In this document: piece by piece, positions 51,683 through 64,000 of the stretch | Layout: every line of letters starts with the position of its first letter | Position numbering within the stretch: position 1 is the stretch's first letter | NCBI GenBank assembly: GCA_051047955.1 | Contig: JBPGPT010000001.1 | Span: 744,001 to 808,000 of the forward strand | DNA length: 64,000 bases | Direction: 5' to 3' | Origin: Cystobasidiomycetes sp. EMM_F5 | Lineage: Eukaryota | Translations under genes and position numbers: made by a program | The notes under the pieces: generated by a model | Told to the model about the DNA's origin: nothing | What the model saw: the letters and a program-made list of their open reading frames with translations, nothing else | The model's database searches: none

Positions 51683-53310
51683 CTAATAAGGATCCCAATG
51701 CACGCGTCCGAGCAAGCTGGCATATCCACGGTGATCAGCATCAGCCGTCGTCAGAATGTAGCGGGAAAGGAGTGGTCATACTCACGCAAAAGACTCGTAC
51801 GGGGTGTCCTCATAACGCAGTTCCGGGGTGAATTTCTGCAGCTCAGCCCATTTTTGAAACATATATCTCCAGTAGCAGTCGATAGACTGTTTCGATATGT
51901 AATGTTGCCAGAATCGTCGACTGAAAATGGACTCGAGTCAGCATATCAGATCATTCTCTGGCGCAGGATCCTCTACATACGACCTGTCCGCCAGATCTTC
52001 GGCAAAGGCGTCATCGTCAATGAGTGCATCCATGGTCTCTGGCAGGGTCTTCCAATCCATCCCTGGCACGACGACCATATTTTGACCAGGCGCTCCCATA
52101 GTAGAATTAATGAGGTGGTGAAAGTGCTGTATGTACTCCATCTCGTGCGCGACAACGACAGAGCGGCACTGCAGAATATACTTGAGGCGACCCGAATACG
52201 CGAAGCCTTCAACGTGCCCGAGAAACTTGAAACCGCAATGATCGTCCATCGTCATTACCGTCGCCTTGTCACGCCAGTCCACCTCTTCGACTTTTGACCA
52301 AGAGTACTTTTTGCCAATCTCGACTAGCTTGCGCCGGACGTCGACCATGAGTGCACCCTTCCAAAACAGCTGGGGAATCTTCTTGTCCCAAGGATGCCGC
52401 TTCTCATAGTCGTTTGCTTTCCTTACCACCTCACTGTACGTCCCAACCTTGGGTTCTGGCCAACTTCCGAATCCGAAGTCTGGCATGAGCCAGAGGTGAT
52501 GCTGCTTTGTCGTCCTATCGAGTACCCAGAGCGGCAGATGTTCGTTGGCTTCGCCTTGATCGTCCGTGTGAATGACAAATTCGACATTGGGTATTGGCTC
52601 AATTGAAGTCAGAATCGCCTCTTGAATAAGCGCCAAAGTCGCGCGGGACCGCGAGTGTCTTTCCCATTCGAAACGCCGCACATACATCTGTACGCTTATC
52701 CATTCAGCTATCTTTGCTGGGAAACGGCACGACAATTTTCCTCACCTCGCCGTTATAGATGAGAACGCGAGCAGTCTGTCCTCTATCTGCTGATTTCTCA
52801 ATATCTTTCATTGTTACGCCACCCCGTTTTGACCAGTACTTTGCGACACGGTCTGCTTCGCTGCGATGCGGGTAGTATGGTCAGCTCAGCAATCCGAACA
52901 ATGACGAGGTTGCTATAGCCTCACTCGTATAGCCCTGGATATTTTGAAATGCATTGATCCATCGTGATGTGTCTATATCGTGCAGTTTCAATCTGTTCTT
53001 GCGTTATTGGCGGAATTGTCGTATACTCTGGCAGGTATATCCGCGTCAACTTGACGTAATCGACTGTCCTGACGAATCCCCGGATGAACAGGTGCGTAGC
53101 AAGCAGGACTGCGAGAAAAGCCGCCACGGGTCGCCATAAGGGGATATTTGAAGCTTGACGTATCCTATGGGCCCACACGGAGGGGAGTTTGTGCATGAAA
53201 GCGGGCTCGCCAGGAAGAGATGACCCATGAGCAGCGTCGTAATTTAAGTGGCCGTTGCTGAGGTTTTCGTCTTTTCCTGCATTTGAGTGCGATAAGCGGC
53301 GGAAGGGCAT
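51683..53310 (-). CDS. Glycosyltransferase family 90 (CAP10/POGLUT-like), type II membrane protein
   Basis: N-terminal transmembrane segment, WLMPDFGFGSWPEP, PWDKKIPQLFWKG and HCGFKFLGHVEGFAYSGRLKYILQCRSV. 3' end approximate. Confidence 0.88.
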
Positions 53311-54141
53311 TGTTGCGTCTGCTTTGGACGCCCAACCGCGCTGCTTTTAGGGTATGTGGAGCGAGTGCGTAGAACAGTGAGGCATGAGGAACAGTAGAGT
53401 GCACTCCGTTCAGCTCGTCAATGTGTGGAGTATGCCAAAATGTGACATTTATTGTGTTGCCGAAAGTGGCCAGCCGTCGATCAGCTGCATTGGTGGATTT
53501 CAGCGGTTGAGGACGGTAGCTTTTTGCATTCTGACCGTACGTCCACAAGGGTGGTAGCTGCTCAAGATTACGCATTCGCCGAAGAATCGATGTAGCGTAC
53601 TGCTCGGTCATCTTGCTGAGAATGCTTTCATGAGTTACTATTACGTGCTGACGGCTGAATGACGGCACGATGTCCACATGAAAGCACTGATCTGACCAAG
53701 CTGCATCTTGGAGTGGTGGAATAGTGTATACACACATTCGTACTGACATTGAGGCTCATCCTGGACCCTCGAGCCCTCCGCCGGCCTACATCCAGTTCCG
53801 TTGCACAAGTACGCGAACAAAAGCTCGAAAGATGACTCTGGCAGTCTGGCGCGCACATCCAGCTCACATCGGCATCAACGCTGCTGATGCTATTTGGGCA
53901 GGCTGCCATCACATCCAAATCGCATCAACGACGATGTAGTGCTGATGTTTGGGCGAGGCAGGCGGGCTATAAATCAGCAGCGAAATGCAACGACATGTTC
54001 TCTCTACAAACTCTACAGCAGTCTGCGCTTAAGCACACCGTATACTCCGTACCTTATCGACATCTCCCTTTGCCGCGTAAACAGTGAGTCTAGGCATGTT
54101 TGTCATGCATTCACCAAGCATTAACGAACTCCACTCCACAG

Positions 54142-54582
54142 ATGGCTGCAATCCACACGCGCTCAATCTCAGCCTCCTCAAACTCTTCGAGCTCCTCGTC
54201 ATCATCTATATACTCGCTTAAAAAGGCATCGCGCTCATCTCCGTCGCTATCTTCCATATCAAGCGAGAGCTCAAGCTGGCATTTCAGCGAACCCATGCCA
54301 TTCAGCTCCTCTCTCGGCTGCCTGCATCACGCATCTCCTGAGGCTACGTCGTCCATCGTACAACGTCTCATCCCAAAATCGATGCTGGCTAAGCGAATTG
54401 CAAAAGCTCGCAAGGCTGCTCGGGAGTCGTGGCAACATACGTTAGAGCAAGAAATCAGCTACGAATCCAGAAAGCGTGCCATCCAAGCAAGATTTCTACA
54501 GGAGGAGAAGCAATGGAAGCAGGACGCCATCGTGGATCAAACGAAACGCATCATCGAAGGAATGCAACGAATGGGAATCTGA
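54142..54582 (+). CDS. Small hypothetical Ser-rich protein
   Basis: Intronless ORF from ATG (MAAIHTRS...) with a TATAAA near 53968. No recognisable family. Confidence 0.5.
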   Translation: MAAIHTRSISASSNSSSSSSSSIYSLKKASRSSPSLSSISSESSSWHFSEPMPFSSSLGCLHHASPEATSSIVQRLIPKSMLAKRIAKARKAARESWQHTLEQEISYESRKRAIQARFLQEEKQWKQDAIVDQTKRIIEGMQRMGI

Positions 54583-54844
54583 CATGCAAAGGTTCCAGGC
54601 ATCTGTAGATATTGGAAAATAGAGCTGTTGTTGTGTCCATACCGTCCATACTGCAATGGCAAGCCTGCTCGTTCGCATGCACCTCTTCCAACATCGAGTC
54701 TTCCACGTGACCCGTTTACAGCTATTCCCTGCGAAAATTGTTTGCCCAAGGGTTTGCACCAAGTTGACATATTGACCAGGCCGAATATGCTGCTCTGCTG
54801 AATCCTGCCCTACGTCTGGACTGAGCAGACCGTTGACAGAAAAG

Positions 54845-57206
54845 ATGAATCTGTTTGAGGAGAGTGACAGCAGCGCCGACGAGCAACCGGTGGCTGCGAA
54901 TAAGTTGCAGCTGAATCAAGACTTTGCCGCCAAATACGACGCAAAGAAGCGCGGAGAAGAGCTGTCGAAGCGTGAGGGATGCTCATCCCATGAGATGATT
55001 GTCCGTGCTGACGGTGTGCTCGTTGACCAAACGCAATTTCATTGGCGATACAGTCAAGGATAAATACGGCGACGACTTTGATGAAGGCGATGATGATTCC
55101 GAGTCTTCCACTGACTACTCGTCAGAGGATGACGAAGCCGAGTTTATCACGCCTCAAGTTGACGCGGCCATACTTCGCATGATCTCACGGATCCGGTCTG
55201 GAGACGCGCAGCTATACGACGAGAATGCCAAGAAGGACTTTTTCGATGAGGAAGAGCGACGTCTGACCCTCAAGGCATCCGCTGCACAGCCAAAGTCTGC
55301 TGACGAAAAGCCAGCGAAAAAGTCCAAGACAGTCAAACTCAAGGATTTTCAGCGTAATGCCCTACTGGCCGGCGTCAACGATGATCCCAGCGATGGCACG
55401 ATTATTCCAGCTTCAATCGCAGCACCCAAGACGTTTGTTCAGGAGGAAGAAGAGCTCCGCAAAGAAACGAAGGCAGCTTTCTTTGCTTCTGTGGATGATG
55501 TTGACGATGAGGATGGCGATGGCACCTTACTCACCCGTCGAGAGCAAGCAAACGAGGGCGAAAATGATGACGACATGTATCGGAAGTTTCTGCTGGAAAA
55601 TGTCGGGGCAGCCGAACTTGAGATGGCATTATCGCTCCGACCATCTAACGGACCAGCTGCGACCAACGGACAGACATCGGAGCCTCAAGAACTTGAACCA
55701 GAAGACGATAGCAGCGCTGTAGGCGCAAAATTGAAGAAGAAGCGCAAGGACAAGAAGGGCAAGGGTAAACAAACGTCTGAGCAGACTGATAAGGCAGCCG
55801 ACGACGATTTCCTCAAAAACTACATCTTGAATAGAGGGTGGCTTGACAAACGCGCAAAGCATCGCCCGACGTACCGCGAAATTGTTAAGGATACGACCGA
55901 AGAGGAGACATACGAGCCTGCTCCTGGCCCTTCAGGTTCAAACGCTACAGCCCTGGTAGACGAAGACTCCGATGAATTCGAAAAGGCCGAAGAATTCGAG
56001 ACGAAATACAACTTCCGCTTTGAAGAAGCAGAGGGCAACGAGATTACAACTCACGCGCGTGATGCTGGGATAGATAAATCTGTACGCAAGACGGACGAAT
56101 CACGCAAAGTGGCGCGACAGGCGGTCAAAGATCGCAAGGCTGCACTCAAGTTGGAACGAGCTGAGGAGCTGAAACGCCTCAAAAACCTGAAGCGTCAGGA
56201 AATATTGGACAAGTTGGCTCAGATTCGCACTGTAGCCGGTGCGACGGAAGACTTCGATTTCGACGGTGTGGACCTTGAGGGAGAATACGATCCTGATGCG
56301 CACGCAAGCTCTATGGCCAAAGTCTTTGACGAGAGGTTCTATGAAAACAACGTGCGTACCAGGGCAATCACACGCTAGCGAGTGGAAGATTGACTGCATG
56401 CCCATCCCATGTTCTAGGCTGTTGATGATGGCGTTAAGCCGGAATGGGAGGATGACATTGATATCACGGACATTGTTCCAGCGTACGACCGGCACGACGA
56501 GGCATACGCTCCGGGAGGAGAGGCATACGATCCGACGGAGCCAGGCCCCTCGAATAAGCGTAGTCGAGCTGAACGCAAGAAAGACAAGAAGCGTAAACGA
56601 GGAGCGCGGGATGAAGGTGATCTTCAATACGACGGAGATGCCGATACGAACGAGCTGCGAGGGTCGCACGCGGAGATGGACGCTGCTACTCTCGATGCGA
56701 TACAAGATCCGGAAGAGCGAAGGAAACGGGTTGAGCAATACATGGACGAATACTACAAGCTCGATTACGAGGACATGATAGGCGATATGCCCACACGCTT
56801 CAAGTATGTTTCTGGGACAGGGCTGAACACAGCTGGCACGTCAGAGGACCCATATGCGCTCAGTGCCGTAGACATCTTGATGGCAACAGATGCGGAGCTC
56901 AATGCCTATGAGTCGTTACGGCGTTTAGCGCCATATAAGCGGGGCGATGCGCTCAAGGAGAATAAGAAGCGAAAGCGGGTGAAGGAGTTACGGAAAGCCA
57001 TCGCAGCGCGACGATGGGGCGAGGAGCTGCCCGAGGATGGGCAAGAGGCACACTTTGTCGCAAGAGATCAAAAAGCTTCGCATGCGGCCGCAATTGGCAG
57101 CAAACCTAATGAACAGCTAAAGCCAGCTAAACGCAAAGGAGCAAAGGAACGCAAGAAGGCTAAAGCGCGACTGGAGGCAAGTCAGAACGAAGGCAACGAG
57201 GAGTGA
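54845..57206 (+). CDS. KRI1: 40S ribosome biogenesis factor Kri1
   Basis: LNQDFAAKYDAKKRGEELSK, DFLKNYILNRGW, AEEFETKYNFRFEE, YYKLDYEDMIGDMPTRFKY and ILMATDAELN. Confidence 0.95.
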
Positions 57207-57291
57207 ATCAGGTAGTCTACTATGTTGTCACGGGACACGCCTACCTATCTTGCCGCGTAATGATGGCAGCAGTCAAGGTGTGGAGCCTTTA

Positions 57292-59731
57292 TCAGTCCAC
57301 TTGGGTTGAGTGCAGGAGACTGCTTTGAGAAGATTTCAGATCATCCTGCGACTTTACTCGGTTCTTGTTCTTCTTGTTGACCTCTTTGCGCTCTTTGCGG
57401 ACAGCCTTCGCGTCAACAGGGACTGTGGTTTGAAAATGCTTAATATGCGTTGTGATGTATGGCTGCATTGGTACGGGCGGCGATCTTGTTGGTGTTTGCG
57501 CAGACTTGGCCAAAATATTAGTGGCCGGACGCAGCCAGTCTGCAGAAATGGGATTGACACGCGCTTTGACCAGCTTGAGCAGAGTGGCAAAGTGAGACGC
57601 ATCTGTGTCCTGTGGGCGATTGCATGTCTGAGCCGACAAGTTTGCATAGAGAAATAATGAACCTACTGTGATAGCCAAGACTGCAGCTCTGCGTAGGCCC
57701 AGAAGATCTGCTAACCGCTTTTCGGCACCTTTGCCAAGCGGGACCAGATACACGTCCTCAAGCGCAGAGGCACCGGGAGGCACCTCACATTGTGCGCCAG
57801 ATGACTCTGCTGGAGCATTGGCACTGCTGTGAGATGCTGTGGTAGCTAATTGTCGCAAAGTCGCGTTTGTAGCATTTCTCGCTGCCACTGCTGTCAAGAT
57901 GTGCTCCACAATCGCAAGAGGGTTTATGTCGCCTGTGCAGACAAACACGAGCCGGGCGCACGAAGGACGTAATGGTGGTATCATACCTCCGTCTGACGAT
58001 ACCGCCCCTTTCGCTGCGGCTGTTTCCACCTCCTTACGATTCACTCTGTCCTGATTTCGCTGCCATTCAAGCGATTCCGCTCGATTGAATTTTGCTGAAC
58101 TTGTGGCATACATTTCGCGCCACTTTCTGTTGGCTGTGTTGGCAATATCTACAGCCTCTGCCGCTGAAACCGCAGCGATCCATTCTCTGTCAAATTGAGC
58201 CAGGAGGAACATTAGGGTCGACCGAATAGGGCTTATGTAATTCGCTGTATAGTCCTCGGAGCGAGGGCTGAACGGCGAGTACATTGATAGAATGAGCTTG
58301 AGCTCTTGGGTAGGTAGAGACACGAAGCCAGTCTTCTCCGTTGGTAAACTTGGTGGCTCTGTACACGGAAGCCCGCGCTCGCTGACATGACCTGCCTGAA
58401 ACCCGGTTGGCATCGAGGGAGAAGCAGCATCCTGTGCGATACCACCGTTCGATGTGGATATTGGCTCAGCCGCCTCGTGCTCGTCCGCCAAAGATCCATC
58501 GACAATGCTTATCAGTTTGCGTGCTGCCGCTTCCAGGACAGCTATGCCGTTCTTAGAGAGTCTGCTAGACTTTATAGCTGGTGTTGCCGGAAATACTTCT
58601 GCTGCATGTTCTGCCAACTCTGCAGTGTAATCATTCAGGGTATGTAGGAGTACAGCGTCATGCAGGGGAACATTCCGGAGTGGTGGCACTGGGCCTTTAG
58701 AAGAGTCATATTTGTAAGTAATCTCGTCCCCCGACTCCTCGTCTCGTCGTGGACGTTTGCGGGATGCTGCATCTCGTGCTTGTGCGCGCTTCCGCTTGAG
58801 CTGTCGTTCGGCAGGGTGTAACTTCATTCTCAGCTCAGCCCTCTGTTTTCGCGTCGACTTATTCGGTGCAGGTACGAATATGCGGAGATCCGATTTGTCC
58901 TTCTTTACAGATTCCCTAGCTGGTAGCCCGAGTAGCTGTCTTCTGCCATCTTCCACATCATCTTGTATCAGAGAAGTAACCGCATTGATTCCTACAACTA
59001 GTGCCTGACAAATAGCCGGCCTGTTGTCAATCGCTGCCCGCTTATCGAGAAGCAGTGAAGGTTGAAAGCGTTCAGGTGATTCATTATCAGGTATCGCTAC
59101 CTTACGGCCACTGCGTAATGACAGCTCGTGCGATCCGCAAGGAATGCCTCGCGCGCGGAGAGCTGCAGTCGCTCTTTCGGCTCGTGCAAAGTTGACTGCC
59201 TTCTGACGAGCGCGCTTGGATGGATAGGTTTTCTCCTCAGTAAGGGTCGTAAGAGAAGCGGGCGAAGCTTGGGGATCGCTTGAAGGTGTAAGATCTCCCT
59301 CTTGTGTTGGTCTCGGGAGTAACGAGGGTACTGCTTCAGTTGTTACTGTGTTAGAAGCGGCCGAAGCGTCATTTCCGTCGACGGCCATGCCCGGAAACTG
59401 CACGGCGGTGTCGATAACTCCAGCGGACGTTGCTCGTTCCACAATCGTAGCACTGTCTGCAGCATCATTCGCATCACGGCGTCGTAGTTGTGATTCTCGG
59501 GCAATGACGAGCGGCTGCAGGACCTGAGCAAGAGCTGCCTGTATCTGCGCTTCTGCCGCAGGAGCGATACTTGGCCTGGCGTCAATACAACACATTAGCG
59601 CGTTCATTATAACTCTTTTCAGCCATTTCGCACCATTTCAAACTAAATGGATCCGTCAGAACTGGTTTGACTGCAGGTTTCCGTTTACTCTGCGCAGACT
59701 GCTGCTGCGCCTGCTGTCTGAGGGATGTCAT
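57292..59731 (-). CDS. RNase P/MRP subunit Pop3-like protein (L7Ae-type fold) with large insertions
   Basis: Exon 1 MTSLRQ...KPVLTDPFSLKW|PSI, then LVVGINAVT, LVFVCTGDINPLAIVEHI and LVPLGKGAEKRLADLLGLRRAAVLAI. Confidence 0.65.
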
Positions 59732-59857
59732 GATTCATTCATGAGCTGCACAAGTGATAATTGCAATCAGAAGCATTGAATTTTGGTATGAATTCAAGCC
59801 AGTTGCTTCGAATAAATATTGGCCAGACTGGCTTGACTTTATTACATCCATACTTAC

Positions 59858-62109
59858 ATGAAAAGGACTGGGCAGCTCTGGCAGAAGCTACCAGCCGCCC
59901 ACACTGCCGCTACTGCTGCCCGTACACCGCTGCCCCTGCCCTCCGACACTCGCTGGCCGTACAGAAAATCATCGCAATCCAACGCAATCTCTGACGATTT
60001 AGCTGCAGCGAGGGCTACTCCAGCTTACAGTCCTCTCAATGGCCGTACTACGAATATCAATCGCGGAATCCGAAGAGCCGCAGATTCGGGATATCTTGCG
60101 AAAGCGCTGCAATTAGCTGGAGTCCTCAAAACTGGAGACGGTGATGTAGCAGGCTCGAAGCCCGATTCGTCGACCTACGAGGCTCTTGCAGCCGCCTTTG
60201 CGTACCATGGCTTGCACGTCCAGGCTTTGCAGTGTCTGGATGACGCAAAGGATGTCGGCGTAGTGCTAGACACTGCCGTGTACAACGAAGTATTGCGCGT
60301 GAGTAGTGGGACCTTAGCATTCAGTGGAGTGTCGGACTGAATTGAGCAATACAGGCGCATATCAGAGCAGACGTTTCCCCAAGCGGAATATTGGCAAAAA
60401 TAGAGGAAGCAGGTCTTCAGTGGAATAGAGTCACAGTCGCGCATATGCTAGACTACTGCACGCAAAAGAGGAATCTAGAGCTGGCCCTCCAGATACTCTC
60501 GTCAGCAGCCAGCACGGGTGCGCCGATGCCGACCGTAGCAAGCGAAAGCAAATACGAACCGCAGGCTGACCTTGCCGTCGACGATTCCACAATTGGCCTC
60601 GACCAGCACAAGACACACTCGAACTCGCGATCACAACTCCTCAGCCCGAGTAGCCACTTCTCCGTCATGGCATTGGCCGCGGAACGTGGAGAAACGGTAA
60701 TTGCTTCGGATCTGCTGACGGCATGGTTGTCTACCTACCCGACCCCTGAGAAGGCTTTGAAGACCATTCCTCCACGTCTTCTCGCCCAATTGTTGAGCGC
60801 ATGCGCCGGCAACGACGATATCGAGTCTGCCATATCAGTTCTGCAGCACCTAAGAAGTCTCGATGCAGCAGTCCTTCAGGAATCATGTACAGGTGGTGCG
60901 CTGTCAAAGGAAGACGTCATCATCTCTCTCGCCAACTTTTTTGCCCATCATGGCCATGTCGAGGAGACGGAGTGGCTCGTTCTGGTCGTCCTTCCACAAC
61001 TGCTTAATGATGGTCTCGCACAAGCACAAGAATCGCTTTCGATTCTGAAGGAATGGCATATCGCGCCGCTTGTATCAGTGTACACGAGCACTGGTGATTT
61101 CGATAAGGCGATAAACACTTTCAGCGAGTTCGTGATGAAGTTTACCGGAGACGATGCTAGATCTGCTATGGTTGAGGCCCAACCTTCACACCACATATTC
61201 TACGATGCCATGATGACAGATGCGGCGTGCAGCAAGTCCGCTGCTGCCTTTATATCGAGTCGTCTTGAGAAACACAATGAAATGGTGTCACAAACTGCCG
61301 GACCCGACAATCAGCCTAATGCAACTTCGGCATCGCTGTCAAATCCCGGCTCGATGAACAGCGCCAGTCGTACCAATTTCCCGCTGCCTACACAGTTCGT
61401 CAACGCGACTGTCAAGGCTTGCCATTATCATGGCTACTCTGAAGAGGCTGAAGGCATCGCAACAGAGATGCTACGGCCAGACGGTCATTTTCGACCGAAT
61501 ATCGAGACTTTCCATATACTCCTGGCGGCTTGTGCTCCGCAGCGTTCACAAAGTGCTCCTCACGGAGAAGGAGAAGAACCTGATCAACCATATCGTCCAG
61601 GACATCCGAAATTAAGCGAGGTGGAGAGGATACAAACCGTTCTCCAGCGCGACTTTCCTCATCTGATACCAGTAAAGGCTACATATGAGCTGCTCATCGA
61701 TCTTTATACGCAGGCACCGCTCGACGACTCTCGTTGGCAGACGGCTTTCGAATATCTGGAAGAGATGAAGCACTTCAACATGTTGCCCTCGCCCCACACA
61801 TACGCAGCGCTCATGCGTCGCCTGCTTGCCGCCGACGATGACCGCGAGTCCCGTCTAGGAGATATTGAAAGTTTGGCAGGAATGCCGGAAGATCCGAGGA
61901 TTCAGCTGCTTCTGCAGGAGATGGCCACTTTGGGCTACCTGGGCGGCGGGAAGGCGGGACAGCGAGCGAGGTCGGCGCTCAATAGCACTACAAGAGATCG
62001 CCTCGGTCGAGACCGGCTGCGTGATGTAATGCAGACTTCCTTCGCAAGTTCTGACAGGTCGGCCCATCGCAACTCGAGCGGTCCGCAACAACGCTACAAC
62101 GCACGATAA
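59858..62109 (+). CDS. Mitochondrial PPR/helical-repeat protein
   Basis: Presequence-like N-terminus and PPR-like units (KPDSSTYEALAAAF, LDTAVYNEVLR, RPNIETFHILLAAC, YLEEMKHFNMLPSPHTYAALMRRL). Confidence 0.75.
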
Positions 62110-62335
62110 GTTGTTCAGCCAGAAGCTTACGTGTTACGCAAGCGGAATGGATCGAAATGATATTTTTGCTGCACCGATCACTTTCCGTTTTCGCGTTTAC
62201 GCAACTAGCCTTACTACCCGCATTACAACTGCGTTGAATGGGATCACCCTATACTACAATCTGAGAGCTATCTCAAGTCAGGCAAGCATCGTAAAGGCCA
62301 TTCTGTAGTCCGAGAGGCTTCTGTCAGTCGCAGAA

Positions 62336-64000
62336 TCAGATGAACTGCAGGAATAGGCCGAATCAGCACAGACATGGTGCCGAATTTAGCGGGCTGCTCA
62401 CCATATACAGAGCATCGCGCTGGTACTGATTCTTGTCGTCGGATAAGTCGATCCAGTTTGGATAGTACGGCACCATAGCATCCTGTGCACCAAGGTAGCA
62501 CGAGTTGTAGATTCGCCAGTATACCTCTCGGACCTTGCGCGCTGGGTGAGCTAGACCTTGTAGAATGTAGCTCATTAAAACACCGGGACCCAGCCCTACA
62601 CGCATCGCTTCGATGGCGTCCATGACTTGTCCAATGACGTGTGGACTGGTTTCGAAGCAATTTGGCCAGACGAGGTTCATCAAATGCAGCAGTGCATCTT
62701 CGTTGCCAAGACCTGCTGTGCCCAGAGCGAGATGCTTGACGATACCAGCAGAAGTTTGCCGGTGTACGGCATCTCGATCAGTTAACGCATCCTCGAGGCA
62801 GGTCACCACGCTGTGTATGTAGTCTTTGCCCATTTCGCCAATGTACTCAAACAAGAAGGAAAGGGCTTTGAGACATCCATTTCGAACGTTGAGATCTGGC
62901 GTTCGGTATTCATTGAGTATGGCCGGAATGCATGTGAATGGCCCGCAGGTCTCCGCAACGATAGCGATCGCCACTGTCGAGCACACACGGGACTGACGAT
63001 CTTGTACGCGAAGATTGGTAAGTAGAACGCTGAGTACATCCTGAGGACCGATGGCCTTGGCGATGTAACCAAATGAATTCACTGCCGCTCTCCGAATTGC
63101 TTTCTTGTGGGCCTTGAGTAGATCCAGCAGCTCGAAACAGATACGCATCCACTCTCGAGCGGACACGTACTCCGCACCACGATCTGCGATACGGCCAATC
63201 AAGTTGATACAGGCTTCTTGTACCTTTTCATGGCGATTCCGTAAGATCGGCGTTAGGCGAGGTACTATGATAGAGAAGGTTGATAAGCATGACGGTTCCA
63301 GCCAGACGATACTATTATGCACTCACAGAGGTCCTTGACAGGTGGGCTCATCTGAGTCATTCCGACCACGTTCGCGATTGCACCTTCTGCAGCAATAATG
63401 CTACCAAGAGTGTCAGGATATTCTTCACCGAATTGCTCGAATAGAATGACTCCTAGTGTGCCAAGTAAACGGTCTTCTCCACATTCCTTGATAACGACAG
63501 CCAATTTGCTGACTAAGTCCGCTGCCTGTTGACGGACCGCTGCACTCTTGTTTTGCAAGCGATACAAGACACAAGAGACAACTTCTTGCAAATCTTCCTT
63601 CACTCGAATACCTGTTCTATCGCGTCAGCGACCTTTCGTCCGACCAGTCAATGCTTTGCTCACCTAGTGCATTTACTACCGTGCCAAAGCCGTTGAGGAT
63701 AATGTCGTCTTCAGAAACTTGTGACTGGAAAGCGTGTATAACGCCGTCGAGTAGCTGCTTCATCAATCGCTCATCGATGTCGGCAGCACCCAGACTTGAT
63801 ATGACTTGCTGTATGGTCTCCATGACCATTTTGCGATACAGCTCGTTCTCGTCTTTCAGATCATTCACGATACGACCCACAATCTCAGACACGCCAGCCT
63901 TCTGCGCCAGCTCGACTGTCGTTTCCACGACCTGTTTGTAATTCCGTCTGTCTGCAGCCATACGCCTCACCCAGAAGTTTCTGAAAAAGTCGGGCAATAT
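62336..64000 (-). CDS. SF3B1: U2 snRNP splicing factor SF3B1/Hsh155, C-terminal part; 5' end lies outside the window
   Basis: HEAT repeats [36 protein letters not shown] and [11 protein letters not shown]; final exon FI-TGA ends at 62336. Confidence 0.98.

Noticed and set aside
56100..56738. 212-aa antisense ORF over KRI1, and similar shadow ORFs over NDC80, RPS2 and SF3B1
   Set aside because: Expected by-product of codon bias opposite real genes; no protein-family features.

Overview
Eukaryotic, gene-dense, intron-rich fungal DNA. The short ~50-70 nt GT-AG introns with CTRAC branch sites and the gene content suggest a basidiomycete yeast, probably Pucciniomycotina; this is an inference. The window holds about 29 protein-coding genes, mostly housekeeping: DPH2, G-alpha, MED14, COY1/CASP, a DUF2439 Mte1-like gene, metacaspase, a divergent H2A/H2B pair, a multi-BRCT protein, NDC80, an aspartic protease, VPS53, a LysM protein, thymidylate synthase, ODC antizyme, RPS2, two tandem secreted QxW proteins, TFIIA large subunit, ATP16, a PWWP protein, a GT90 enzyme, KRI1, a POP3-like gene, a PPR-like gene and SF3B1. 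No transposon, prophage or CRISPR array is evident. The standout is a complete tRNA-Arg(ACG) gene whose D-loop is interrupted by a 55-nt insert that looks like this genome's spliceosomal introns (GTGAG...CTCAT...TAG) rather than a canonical 37/38 tRNA intron. Other notable items are a +1 frameshift antizyme (CCC-UGA), long AG-free introns with distant branch points in the PWWP gene, an in-frame intron inside the H2A SQEV tail, and H3-tail-like repeats in H2B. Gene models were assembled by eye, so some boundaries are approximate.
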